A DNA stretch of 60,669 nucleotides from Gemmatimonadales bacterium (GCA_038209515.1 JBBQXQ010000005.1:1-60669), one strand, 5' to 3'. Positions 9,022-19,358 are shown, numbered from the stretch's first letter. Numbers and translations are program-made. Notes: generated by a model from the sequence alone, not told the origin.

Positions 9022-9744
9022 TCAGAAGGTCTGCTCGATGCGGTCCACGTCCTCGAGTAGCGCTTGGCTCAGGCTCGTAGCCCGGTCCCGCGCCCGCGAG
9101 GAAACCGCGCGCTGAAGACGCGCGAGCTCCGCTGTGACCCGCTGGTCGAGGGCGGGGTCGCGAGCCCGAACATGGACCTGAACCGCCGTATAGCTTCGCC
9201 CAAGCTCCGCGGTGGCCTTGGCCGCGGAACTCCAGCGTCCTTGCTGGGCAGCATAGAGTGCGTCACGGCCCGCGACATCCATCAAGGTGACGTCGACGGG
9301 CACCTTCGTCGGATAGTCGGACATGATGCCGGCGACGACCCGGCTGACGCGGTTCCCGGCCGTGAGGGCATCGGCCCGGCTCCGGCGGGTGATCGCCGCG
9401 CCCAGGGAGTCGAGAGCTCTCCCGTAGGCAGATCGCTTGGTCTCAGCGATGCCGACCGAAGCGAGGTTCTCACCCACGAGCCTCAACTCGCGGAGTTTCG
9501 CTTCTGCTGCCGGCCAGGCGTTCTGGGCCAGGTCGGTCTGTATGTCCTCGGCCAGCGCTTCTGCCTGCTCCACCTGGGGCGGCAGCACGCCGGCGGTTGG
9601 GGTTGTCGCAGCCGCAGCGGAGTCGGTGACAACCGAGGGTGACGCGGGCGCGGTCTGTCCCCCGTGATTGCCCTTACACCCCGCTCCACCCACGGCAAGG
9701 ACCGCGGCCCAGACAGCCGCGTTGATGATCGAGGTCGCGCTCAT
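9022..9744 (-). CDS. Hypothetical helical lipoprotein
   Basis: The internal ATG gives MSATSIINAAVWAAVLAVGGAGC, a lipobox. The rest is Ala/Arg/Leu-rich and helical. It is the first gene of the 4-gene cluster. Confidence 0.6.
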   Translation of the reverse strand: MSATSIINAAVWAAVLAVGGAGCKGNHGGQTAPASPSVVTDSAAAATTPTAGVLPPQVEQAEALAEDIQTDLAQNAWPAAEAKLRELRLVGENLASVGIAETKRSAYGRALDSLGAAITRRSRADALTAGNRVSRVVAGIMSDYPTKVPVDVTLMDVAGRDALYAAQQGRWSSAAKATAELGRSYTAVQVHVRARDPALDQRVTAELARLQRAVSSRARDRATSLSQALLEDVDRIEQTF

Positions 9745-10128
9745 CACCGTGCCTCCGTCGATGGGGGGTCCAGGCTCCTTGCGTCCATGAGTACCTCCCT
9801 GATCCTCCGGCCCGGAGGTCACTAAGTTGTCGCGCTGGGCATGGAGCCGCTTGGATTCCCCTGCTTCCCCGATCGGGGAGCAACAACGCGCTCCTCTGCG
9901 ACAGCCCGAATGGGGGAACAACGTCGTGCAAGCGTGCTGCTTTCGATGAAGCCATCTTCGCCTCTCACCTCAGGTAGGAGTCGAGCATGACTATCATCGG
10001 ACACCGCATCGTGGCATTGGCATTGGCAGGGGTGCTGTGCGTTGGGCTCAGCCGAAGCGGCGTTGCCCAAATGGCGGATACGGCTGATGCGGTAAGCATC
10101 GAAACGGTGACTGTGACGGTCTACCGGG

Positions 10129-10560
10129 TTAAGGAGCCGACAAAGGAACCGATCGCGAAGTCGGAGACCATTGGGGCCGCCACCCCGCTGTCAGGAGGAC
10201 GTGGTGCAGCATCTCATGCCGGAGGTACGTCGTATCGTTGCGCACCAGGACGATCCGTTCTCCAACGGTGAAACCAAAGGTGGGTCCCTTCGGCCCCTTG
10301 AGTGGTGCGTCCATGACGGCCCAGCGGATCTGGTCGTAGTCTCCCAGCATCCCGGCGCAGCGTTCCACTTCATGATAGATCGCCCGCCACGCTTCAGGGG
10401 CCTTGATCGGCTGGACCGAGGCGAACAGGAAGGCCGGGGCGTCCCCCGCCGGGAGTGGCCGCTCCTCAGTTCCCTTTTGAGGCTTCAGAAGGCCGGCCGG
10501 GAGCAACGCGACCATCGCTCCGACCGCAGCCGACAGGGGGATCACAGTCAACACTCGCAT
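10129..10560 (-). CDS. Hypothetical secreted protein with HEMLH motif (possible small metallopeptidase)
   Basis: MRVLTVIPLSAAVGAMVALL is a signal or anchor sequence, and YLRHEMLHHVL contains HExxH. The C-terminal end is uncertain because it overlaps ORF 9987-10271. Confidence 0.45.
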   Translation of the reverse strand: MRVLTVIPLSAAVGAMVALLPAGLLKPQKGTEERPLPAGDAPAFLFASVQPIKAPEAWRAIYHEVERCAGMLGDYDQIRWAVMDAPLKGPKGPTFGFTVGERIVLVRNDTTYLRHEMLHHVLLTAGWRPQWSPTSRSVPLSAP

Positions 10561-10706
10561 GGGCGCTCCGCCGCTATATGGCCAATGTGCAGGCCTGCCC
10601 TTCGAGACCAGGTATCTTGGGCCTAAGCCGTGCACAGTAAGGTGAGTGGTAAGCGCTCACCGGACTTGCATGGGGATGCTCCCCCAATCGGGGGTATGTA
10701 TGGCAG

Positions 10707-11183
10707 TTAGTCGCAGGCAAACACCGGCTGGACCCGCGCGATGAAGCACCCTGCTTCCGCGTTCCGCACGTGGAGGTATTCCACGCGCGGCTCCACTAGC
10801 TGTTCCTCAATCACATCCTCCACAGTCCTCCCCCCCACCCGCTGCTGATCGAGAAGAATTCCCCGCTCACCGTAGCTCTCCAGGACCAAGGGGATAGCGC
10901 GCAACTCCTCCGGGAAGCGGAGCTCGTCGTATTGCCGGCACGCTTCCCGATGGATGAACACCGGGCCCGGTGCGGGTAACGCTCCAGGCGAGACGAACGG
11001 TTGGTAGGTGAAGAGGATCCGCTCCTCCTGGCCCTGGTCGAATGTCTTGAGGCACTGCCTGCAAGGGCCATAGCCAGTGGCCATCTCTACATGGGCCGGA
11101 TGGCCGTACTGCGGAGAGCAAAGCGTGGAGCGCACAGTTCGGGCCAGGCCTTCCGAGATGCCTGAGACACGGTAACGAAGCAT
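10707..11183 (-). CDS. DUF1203 family protein
   Basis: GYGPCRQCLKTFDQGQEERILFTYQPF...PGPVFIH.EAC matches the DUF1203 pattern as I remember it. Confidence 0.65.
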   Translation of the reverse strand: MLRYRVSGISEGLARTVRSTLCSPQYGHPAHVEMATGYGPCRQCLKTFDQGQEERILFTYQPFVSPGALPAPGPVFIHREACRQYDELRFPEELRAIPLVLESYGERGILLDQQRVGGRTVEDVIEEQLVEPRVEYLHVRNAEAGCFIARVQPVFACD

Positions 11184-11302
11184 GGGGCCCTCTTGCGAAG
11201 CGAGTCCTTGCCAGTCATGCATACCGGCATAAGATCGGTCCCGGCAACGCCAGGCGCCTCCCGGTCCTTGCGCCCAAATCTTTGTTCCTGACGAAAGCCT
11301 GC

Positions 11303-11758
11303 ATGAGCGACCCGCTGCTCCTCCTGCTGGAAAAGGACCGCATCATCGACCTTATCAACCAGCTGTTCATTGCCACCGACAAGCGGGATTGGCCGGCGGT
11401 GCGCCGCTGCTTTGCCGAGGCTGTTCTGTTTGATATGACCTCCCTCGCCGGCGGTACGCCGAGCCGGGTCACCCCGGACCAGATCGCCGCCGGATGGGAA
11501 TTGGGATTGCGGCCGATCGAAGCGGTGCATCATCAGGCGGGGAACCACCGGGTAGATGTTCGGGGCGACCAGGCCACGGCCTTCTGCTATGGCATGGCGT
11601 CCCATTATCGCTCGACCCGCTCGGGCCGGAACACCCGGATGTTCGTGGGCAGCTACGACTTTCACCTGCTCCGAATGGACGGACGCTGGCAGATCGATAG
11701 CTTTCGCTTCAACCTGAAATACGTCGAGGGGAACGCGGACCTGGAGCGGGAGGTGTGA
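11303..11758 (+). CDS. SnoaL-like / NTF2-family protein
   Basis: LLEKDRIIDLINQLFIATDKRDW..V...F...V.FD...HH...N..V is the SnoaL_4-type pattern. Confidence 0.65.
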   Translation: MSDPLLLLLEKDRIIDLINQLFIATDKRDWPAVRRCFAEAVLFDMTSLAGGTPSRVTPDQIAAGWELGLRPIEAVHHQAGNHRVDVRGDQATAFCYGMASHYRSTRSGRNTRMFVGSYDFHLLRMDGRWQIDSFRFNLKYVEGNADLEREV

Positions 11759-11760
11759 GC

Positions 11761-11795
11761 TGGGAGCTGGGACTGGGAGCTGGGAGCTAATAGCC
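11761..11795 (+). repeat. Heptamer micro-array TGGGAGC x4 (one unit is 6 nt) followed by TAATAGCC
   Basis: The sequence reads tgggagc tgggac tgggagc tgggagc taatagcc and starts 3 nt after the TGA stop of the SnoaL-like gene. It fits the G3N4G3N3G3N4G3 pattern. Confidence 0.9.
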
Positions 11796-11804
11796 GGAGT
11801 TTGG

Positions 11805-12029
11805 TCAGCGGCGCCGTTCGGCGGCGCGATCGTGGCGGGGGCGGCCGCCCCGGAACTCGAAATGACTGTCGTTGAGCATCTTGGCAATCGACGTGGCACG
11901 GCCGTCACAGGGGACCCGGGCAAACTGCCGGGCCGACAGCCAGGCAGCATTGTACCAGGTCCTCGGCTTAAGCCCAGGATACAGGTGGGCGAATTCCGGT
12001 TTAAGACGGGCCTCGCGCGGGTTCTTCAT
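11805..12029 (-). CDS. Small hypothetical protein
   Basis: This is a 74-aa ORF with high third-position GC. I recognise no family. Confidence 0.45.
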   Translation of the reverse strand: MKNPREARLKPEFAHLYPGLKPRTWYNAAWLSARQFARVPCDGRATSIAKMLNDSHFEFRGGRPRHDRAAERRR

Positions 12030-12176
12030 GCCGTTGTCCTAGGGGTACCCCTTTAAAGCTAGGGACCTCTCCCGGTGGCGCAACTCGACGGCGGCGCCCC
12101 CGGCTACGTATACTTGGCGAGGCTAGATGCAGGGAATTGCGCGCTGGCAGCGCCTCATCCAAACCTGAGGAACGGC

Positions 12177-12380
12177 ATGGCCACGAAACTCGACAAGACG
12201 ATCAAGCGCGAGCTGGAGCTCGATGGCAAGCTGTACACGGTCGCCATCTCACCGGAGGGTGTGAAGGTCACCCCCAAGGGCGCCCGGAAAGGGCAGGAAA
12301 TCTCCTGGAGCTCGATCGTGAGCGGGGAGACCGAATTGCGCCGGGATCTGAACGCGTCGGTCGACGCCTATCGAGAGTAG
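12177..12380 (+). CDS. Small hypothetical protein
   Basis: The internal ATG follows AGGAA. The sequence MATKLDKTIKRELELDGKLYTVAISPEGVKV has a coding-like composition. Confidence 0.5.
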   Translation: MATKLDKTIKRELELDGKLYTVAISPEGVKVTPKGARKGQEISWSSIVSGETELRRDLNASVDAYRE

Positions 12381-12415
12381 GCCGGGGCCGGGAGGCCAAC
12401 CGGCGGGAGAGATCC

Positions 12416-13132
12416 ATGCGGCTCCGTTGGGTCCCGGCTCTGCTGGGACTGGTCGCGGCAGTGCTGGTGCTGGCGGCGGGCCCGGGCACCCGCTTCGGCC
12501 TCTGGGATTTCCGCACCGGCTTCAGCGCGCTCCGCTGGGGCGCGTACGCTGGATTGGCCGCGGGGGCGGTTGCAGTGCTGCTGCTCATTGTCCGTCCAGG
12601 ATCCGGCGGCGTCATCCCCCTGGTCCTGGGTCTCCTTCTCGGGCTGGGTGCAGCGTTCGTTCCCTGGCGCTGGATGCAACAGGCCCGCCGGGTGCCACCG
12701 ATCCACGACATCACCACGGACCTCGACCGACCACCCAAGTTCGTCGCCGTCCTGCCGCTGCGGGCCGGGGCACCCAACCCCGCCACATACGGCGGGTCCG
12801 AGGTCGCCGATGCACAGCGGCGCTCGTATCCCGACATCAAGCCTCTGCTGCTGGGCGTCCCGGCCGGCACCGCCTACGGCCGGGCCCTCGCGTCGGCCCG
12901 CGGCATGGGCTGGGAGGTGGTTGCGTCGGACTCCACGACCGGCCGGATCGAGGCGACCGCGACGACGCCGTGGTTCGGCTTCAAGGATGATGTGGTTGTC
13001 CGGGTCCGGCCCGAAGGGCCGGGGAGCCGGATCGACGTGCGCTCCGTCTCCCGAGTCGGCAAGAGCGACATAGGGGCAAACGCCCGGAGGATTCGCACCT
13101 ATCTGGCGGACGTCGCCAGCCGTAAATCCTGA
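12416..13132 (+). CDS. DUF1499 domain membrane protein
   Basis: Three N-terminal TM segments are followed by WFGFKDDVVVRVRPEG..SRIDVRSVSRVGKSDIGANARRIR, the DUF1499 signature. Confidence 0.7.
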   Translation: MRLRWVPALLGLVAAVLVLAAGPGTRFGLWDFRTGFSALRWGAYAGLAAGAVAVLLLIVRPGSGGVIPLVLGLLLGLGAAFVPWRWMQQARRVPPIHDITTDLDRPPKFVAVLPLRAGAPNPATYGGSEVADAQRRSYPDIKPLLLGVPAGTAYGRALASARGMGWEVVASDSTTGRIEATATTPWFGFKDDVVVRVRPEGPGSRIDVRSVSRVGKSDIGANARRIRTYLADVASRKS

Positions 13133-13148
13133 GCCTGGCGGAGATTCG

Positions 13149-13499
13149 ATGGCGGAGCCGAGCTTTGCGCAGCAGATCGCCAACCTCAACTCGACGCTCC
13201 GCGGCATCGAGGTGCGTTTGGCACTCGGCCCACCTCCGGCTGAGGGGTTCGAGGAATTCAAGCACGTTCTGGATGACATGCGGCACAGGCTCTGGGATTT
13301 GTTGAGCCTGGCGGACGAGGAGGACAAGACCGTCCATGAACGGTTCCGGATCCGGCGGGCCACTGAGCTGTGCCGCGGGTTGGTCGCGGACCTCCGCAGC
13401 GGCGCCGTGACTGGCCGTCTTTCGGACCTCCCGGGCTTGCGGGAATCGGTAGTGGAGCTAGGCCAGAGCATCGAGCTTGCACGAACCCGGTCCTCATAG
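13149..13499 (+). CDS. Hypothetical protein
   Basis: This is a 116-aa helical ORF with coding-like codon usage. Its stop overlaps the next start (TAGTG). Confidence 0.5.
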   Translation: MAEPSFAQQIANLNSTLRGIEVRLALGPPPAEGFEEFKHVLDDMRHRLWDLLSLADEEDKTVHERFRIRRATELCRGLVADLRSGAVTGRLSDLPGLRESVVELGQSIELARTRSS

Positions 13500-14053
13500 T
13501 GGCCGTCGTGAGCGCCACCCCTACCCTTCGCACGGTTCGTCTGGTACTCGGCGCCTTCGAGCCGGGCGATGCAGCCGAGCTGCAGCGTCTGGCCGGCGAA
13601 CGCGAGATCGCCGATACCACCCTGGCTATTCCGCATCCCTACGAGATGGATCACGCCTTGGCCTGGATCGGAAATCAGCGGAAAGAGTCGGCGCGTGGCC
13701 GAGCCGAGAACTTCGCCATCCGTCTATCGGCGGGCTCGCGCCTCATCGGCAGTGCCGGGCTGCGCGACATCGACGCAGAGCACCTTCAGGCGGAGCTCGG
13801 TTTCTGGATCGGGAGGGAATGGTGGGGTCACGGCTATGCGCGCGAAGCCGCGGCGGCCGTGATCCGTTTCGGGTTCGACACCCTCGGCCTGAATCGCATC
13901 AGCGCCCATCATATGCTGCGCAATCCGGCGGCCGGGAAGGTCCTTCAGCACATTGGAATGCAGCGTGAGGGGTTGCTGCGCCAGCGGGTGCGGAAGTGGG
14001 GGATCCATGAGGACGTGGTTGTGTACGCCATTCTTCGAGACGACCGCAACTAA
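13499..14053 (+). CDS. GNAT N-acetyltransferase (RimJ/RimL-like)
   Basis: TLRTVRLVLGAFEPGDA....AELGFWIGREWWGHGYAREAAAAVIRFGFDTLGLNRI.A is the pattern. The start is set at a GTG and is uncertain by about 3 codons. Confidence 0.8.
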   Translation: MAVVSATPTLRTVRLVLGAFEPGDAAELQRLAGEREIADTTLAIPHPYEMDHALAWIGNQRKESARGRAENFAIRLSAGSRLIGSAGLRDIDAEHLQAELGFWIGREWWGHGYAREAAAAVIRFGFDTLGLNRISAHHMLRNPAAGKVLQHIGMQREGLLRQRVRKWGIHEDVVVYAILRDDRN

Positions 14054-14100
14054 CGCCATCGGGGACGGGAGGCGCTCGTGAGGATGTTAGGGGTTGCCCG

Positions 14101-15189
14101 ATGAGCCCTCCTGAGGCTCGGGCTGAGGCAGGTCGCCCGGCAAGAGAGTCGGCCGGGATGATCATTGTCGCAACGGTCGCCGCGGGCGTCGCACTGTACT
14201 TTGCGCAGGAAGTCTTCATCCCCATTGCGCTCGGCCTTCTCTTCACGGCGCTCCTCCGTCCGATAGTCCAGGTGCTGCTCTCGCGCTTCCGGATCCCGGC
14301 TCCGGTCACGGCCACGCTCGTGGTGCTGGGCTGCCTGGCATTGTTCGGCACCTCGGTGTTCCTGCTCGCCAAGCCAGTGAAGACCTGGGTCAGCGAGGCT
14401 CCCGCGACCCTCGCGGCCGCGCGCGGGAAGCTGGAAAAGATCCGACGGCCCATCAAGCAGGTCTCCCAGGCAGTCGAAAAGGTCCAGAAAGAGGTCACGG
14501 GAGAGAAAAAATCCGAGCAAGCACCGGCCACCGCTTCCGCCTCGAGTCCGGTCATACCCCCCGTCGTCGGCCGGGTATTCGCCACTACGGCCGGGATTCT
14601 GGGGACTCTGCTTCAAACCGTCGTGATTGTCTTTCTGCTCCTGGCCACGGGTGATCTCTTCACCCGGAAGCTTGCGGTGGTCATGCCCAGGCCGGTCTCT
14701 GGGACGGCCGAGGGCGCGGTGGACGACGCTGAGGCGGTCATGCGGCGATACCTTGTAGTGACGGTACTGCTCAGTGCCGGCCAAGGTGTGGTGGTTGCCC
14801 TAACTTTCTGGCTGATTGGCATGCCTTCGCCGATGCTGTGGGGAGTGCTGACTCTCGTATTCGAGTGCCTGCCTTACCTCGGCGCGCTGTTCATGGTCGC
14901 TGCCGTGACCATCACCGCCTTCGCCACCTTCGAAGGGATCGGCCAGATCCTCCTCGCTCCGCTGGCTTACATCACCATCTCGACCATCCAGAACAACGTC
15001 GTAAGCCCTTTCGCCTACGGCGGTGGTCTCCGCCTGAATGCGCTGGCGGTGCTCCTGGTTGTCCTGGTCGGATGGTTTCTGTGGGGAGTGGCGGGGGCGT
15101 TCGTGGCGGTGCCGCTGCTTGCCGCGGTGAAAGTCTTTGCCGACCGCTCCGGTCGGGACTCACGGCTCGCAACTATCCTGGATGAGTAG
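14101..15189 (+). CDS. AI-2E family transporter (PerM/UPF0118)
   Basis: It has eight hydrophobic segments and matches the typical AI-2E organisation and length. Confidence 0.75.
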   Translation: MSPPEARAEAGRPARESAGMIIVATVAAGVALYFAQEVFIPIALGLLFTALLRPIVQVLLSRFRIPAPVTATLVVLGCLALFGTSVFLLAKPVKTWVSEAPATLAAARGKLEKIRRPIKQVSQAVEKVQKEVTGEKKSEQAPATASASSPVIPPVVGRVFATTAGILGTLLQTVVIVFLLLATGDLFTRKLAVVMPRPVSGTAEGAVDDAEAVMRRYLVVTVLLSAGQGVVVALTFWLIGMPSPMLWGVLTLVFECLPYLGALFMVAAVTITAFATFEGIGQILLAPLAYITISTIQNNVVSPFAYGGGLRLNALAVLLVVLVGWFLWGVAGAFVAVPLLAAVKVFADRSGRDSRLATILDE

Positions 15190-15220
15190 GTGGCGCCGGT
15201 CCTGTCCAGGCTGAGGGTAC

Positions 15221-15667
15221 ATGCGATCTAACAAGAAGCTACCTGTGAGTGCGGAGCCGGCGCCGGCAACAGCGCTCGAGACGGCCGCTGACCCCCTGCT
15301 CTCCGAGCGCCCGGGACGGGTTCACTGGGTGGTGGTGATAACCCGCTCGCCGCGGCCGGAAGACAAGACGCCGCCAGGTGCCACCCTCCTCACCCGGTGG
15401 TGGCACCCACGGGACCGCAGCTGGAGTGAGAATGCATTCGAGTCCCTCGATCACGCCATTCGGTTGTTTGTGGATGAGAGTGGGTGGGTCCTTCGACAGC
15501 AGCAGGCGCTCGATGGTCCTCAAGCCCACGAGCTGCTGTTCGAGGCGAGACGGGAAGACTTCAGCCGGCCCAGCACGGAGCAGATACTCCATGAGGTCGG
15601 ACTCACGCCCGAAGACGTGGCCGACCTCATGAACCGGGTCGATCGTGAGGACAAGGCGCCCCCCTGA
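15221..15667 (+). CDS. Hypothetical protein
   Basis: This is a 148-aa ORF with coding-like composition and no family I recognise. Confidence 0.45.
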   Translation: MRSNKKLPVSAEPAPATALETAADPLLSERPGRVHWVVVITRSPRPEDKTPPGATLLTRWWHPRDRSWSENAFESLDHAIRLFVDESGWVLRQQQALDGPQAHELLFEARREDFSRPSTEQILHEVGLTPEDVADLMNRVDREDKAPP

Positions 15668-15692
15668 TCCAGGGGAACGCGTGACGGCTCAG

Positions 15693-15926
15693 CTATCGTC
15701 CCCCGTCGCCACGACCAGTCTTCTGCTGGAGCTCATCGATCCGCTTCGATGCCTCGGCCTTCGTGAGGTCGGGTTCGACTTCCTCTCGAGCTTCGGTAGC
15801 GAGGGTGTGCAGATAGGATTCCTGGGCGCCGGTCATCGGCTCCTCACCGGTAGTCCACTCGTCGGGATCCTTGATCGCGTTGGTATGCCGGTCGGATTGC
15901 TGCTTCTTGTCGGTCTTCCGGGACAT
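15693..15926 (-). CDS. DUF3072 family protein
   Basis: DPDEWTTGEEPMTGAQESYLHTLATEA...LTKAEASKRIDELQ is the DUF3072 signature. Confidence 0.75.
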   Translation of the reverse strand: MSRKTDKKQQSDRHTNAIKDPDEWTTGEEPMTGAQESYLHTLATEAREEVEPDLTKAEASKRIDELQQKTGRGDGGR

Positions 15927-16045
15927 CGGTTTCTCTCCTCATCCAAATGATGGTGAGACCAGGACTACGGTCCGAAAGGAAACCGAATCCACCGTTATTT
16001 GCAAGGAGTCAGCGTACGTAAGTGGATGTCACCATGTGAGTTGTG

Positions 16046-17310
<1,265 letters not shown>

Positions 17311-17314
<4 letters not shown>

Positions 17315-17736
17315 CGGCCGCGGCGGCGTTTGAACACTGGGCGCCCTTCCTCCTCCTCCGAATGCTTGGGGCCGTCCTGCTTGGGTGAAACCACCGGTCG
17401 TGGCGACTGTACGCCCCGGCGCTGTCCCGAGACGGATACAGACTGACTAACCGGCGGGAACGACAGCTCGTAATCGCGGCGGGTGGGCCCGGAGGCTTTG
17501 CCGGTCAACGCGATCAGCGCGGCCTCTGCCGCGTTTCGAATTGCCTCCAGGGACGCCTCCAAGGTGCCGCGTGCCAGAGCGTCCAGCCGGGCACCCTCGA
17601 CCGCAAGCACCGATTCGAGCAGACTGCGGGCGGACGGTTCGCTCATCGAAACGCCCATCTGCTGCAGTCTCTCGCAAAGGATCCTTACAGCTTCCTGGCT
17701 GGGCTTGTAGCCTGGCTGAGCGTCGGACGAAGGCAT
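17311..17736 (-). CDS. Hypothetical protein (basic C-terminal tail)
   Basis: The ATG at 17736 is preceded by GGAGG. The gene is coupled to the HemL-like gene and the longer ORF start overlaps alkA. Confidence 0.5.
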
Positions 17737-17755
17737 ATGGGGTACCTCCATTCTC

Positions 17756-18418
17756 CTATAGCTCCAGGGCGCGCCACAGATACCAGCTCGCGACACTGCG
17801 ATATGGCCGCCAGCGCTCACCCCGACGCGCCATGACGGAGGGCTCGGGCAGCTTCCGGGTGCGAAAGGTGATCCCGAAGCCCTTCCGCACGCCGAGATCA
17901 TTGAGCGGCAGGACGTCGGGGCGTCCCAGCCGGAAAATCAGCAGCATCTCGGCGGTCCAGCGGCCGATCCCCCTCACGACCGTCAGCCGCTCGATGATTG
18001 CTTCGTCTTCCATGCGCCGAATACGTGCGAGCGAAGGCACGGTGCCGTCGAGCGTGCGCGCGGCAAGGTCGCGGACCGCGGCGGTCTTTGCCGCGGACAG
18101 GCCGGCCTCACGCAACCGCTCCGGCGATATCTCGAGGAGCTCGCGCGGCGTGGGGAGTCGCCGCGGGGCGAAGAGCCGGTTGACCCGTCCCAGAATAGTC
18201 GCGGCGGCTTTTCCGCTGAGCTGCTGGTAGACGATGGAACGGAGCAGCGCGGCGAACAGACTCTGGGTGGGCTCGGGCCGCATGCGGTACGCGCCGACCC
18301 GGGTCATGAGGGCAGCGAGGTGCGGGTCCACCGTCGCCAGGTGCCGGCAGGCGTCATCAGGGTCGAAGCACAGGCCGTGCGGCCGAATCGGGGCCGGAGC
18401 GAGAGCGAGCGAAGCCAT
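17756..18418 (-). CDS. alkA: DNA-3-methyladenine glycosylase II (HhH-GPD, AlkA-like)
   Basis: IVYQQLSGKAAATI, the HhH motif VRGIGRWTAEMLLIF, and catalytic Asp context LPLNDLGVRKG are present. Confidence 0.8.
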   Translation of the reverse strand: MASLALAPAPIRPHGLCFDPDDACRHLATVDPHLAALMTRVGAYRMRPEPTQSLFAALLRSIVYQQLSGKAAATILGRVNRLFAPRRLPTPRELLEISPERLREAGLSAAKTAAVRDLAARTLDGTVPSLARIRRMEDEAIIERLTVVRGIGRWTAEMLLIFRLGRPDVLPLNDLGVRKGFGITFRTRKLPEPSVMARRGERWRPYRSVASWYLWRALEL

Positions 18419-18452
18419 ATGGCAAACATACACGGATATGGTATGCGGCCAC

Positions 18453-19358
18453 TCAGGATAGGGCCGGTGCGGGCTTGGCGGTCAGAAGCAGACTCGCGGC
18501 GATGACCAGGAGCGAGCCTGCTACCTGCCAGACGAGCGGCTTGTCACCGAAGACCGGGATGGCGAGAAGGTAGGTGAATACGATGGATAGTCCCGACATG
18601 GCCGTCACCGGGGCGGCCCGGGCAAGGGAGTACGCCCGGGTCATCGCGATCTGGGCTCCGCCTCCGGCAAGGCCGGCGCCGAGGAGAAAGCCGGCGCCGG
18701 GCCAACCCGGCCAGTGCCAGACCGGGATGCTCAGGGCGAGGAAGGTGACTGACGTGACCAATGAAAAGTGGAGGACCACTGCCTCGTGGCTCTCACCGGG
18801 TCCGATCTTGCGCAGCCAGATCATCGCCAAGGCGTAAAAGACGGCGCCGACCGTCGCTATCAGCGCGACCGGGATGTCCCCGCCAAAGGCGGGTCGTACC
18901 ACGGCCACTATGCCGGCGAACCCCAGCAGCACCGCCAGCGCGACATGCGCCCCGACCCGCTCGCCGAGCAACGGTCCCGAGAGCAGCGCCACGAAGATCG
19001 GCGCCGTGGCGCCAAGGGTCACCGCGTCCCCCAACGCAATCCGACTCGACGCGAGAGCGTAAAAGGTGCAGACGGCGGCGGTGCTGCCGAGCACGCTTCG
19101 GCGCCAAGTATTGGGCCGATCGGTGATCTGCAGGGGGCTGCGCCGGTACCGGGCCAGGCCGAGTGCGATCAGCGCTCCCACGAGAAAGCGGGCCGCGGCA
19201 ATCTCCGACCAGGGAAGCTCGCGTGCACCCAATCGGGTACACACATTCATCGCCGCGAAAAACACCTGAGCCAGCACCATCCAGCCGAGGCCGTGGCGGG
19301 AAAGACGGGAAAGGCGGAAAGGACGGGAAGAGGAGGAAGGTCCAAGGTGAGAGGCCAT
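18453..19358 (-). CDS. EamA/DMT family transporter
   Basis: Ten TM segments form two EamA halves. The N-terminal tail SSSRPFRLSRLSR is encoded by a nonamer repeat array, so the start is uncertain (ATG 19358, GTG 19364 or ATG 19280). Confidence 0.75.
   Translation of the reverse strand: MASHLGPSSSSRPFRLSRLSRHGLGWMVLAQVFFAAMNVCTRLGARELPWSEIAAARFLVGALIALGLARYRRSPLQITDRPNTWRRSVLGSTAAVCTFYALASSRIALGDAVTLGATAPIFVALLSGPLLGERVGAHVALAVLLGFAGIVAVVRPAFGGDIPVALIATVGAVFYALAMIWLRKIGPGESHEAVVLHFSLVTSVTFLALSIPVWHWPGWPGAGFLLGAGLAGGGAQIAMTRAYSLARAAPVTAMSGLSIVFTYLLAIPVFGDKPLVWQVAGSLLVIAASLLLTAKPAPALS
19296..19340 (+). repeat. Purine-rich CGG-core nonamer micro-array (single arm)
   Basis: The sequence is gcgggaaagac gggaaaggc ggaaaggac gggaagagg aggaagg. 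It lies inside the annotated 5' end of the EamA gene. Confidence 0.85.

Noticed and set aside
9987-10271. A 94-aa plus-strand ORF has a signal-peptide-like start (HRIVALALAGVLCVGLSRSGVAQ).
   Set aside because: Its 3' half overlaps the minus-strand gene 10129-10560 and has low third-position GC and junk-like sequence (GGRGAASHAGGTSYRCAPGRS). Only the first 60 or so codons look coding, so I cannot define a reliable gene. A frameshift or a short real gene remains possible.
15437-15448. A 12-nt exact copy (TTCGAGTCCCTC) of the tRNA-Asn T-arm/acceptor region (3653-3664) could mark an attR bounding an 11.8-kb island.
   Set aside because: The match does not extend into the acceptor 3' end. It lies inside a coding ORF (..AFESLDH..). 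There is no integrase or other mobility gene between the two sites, so it is most likely a chance match.
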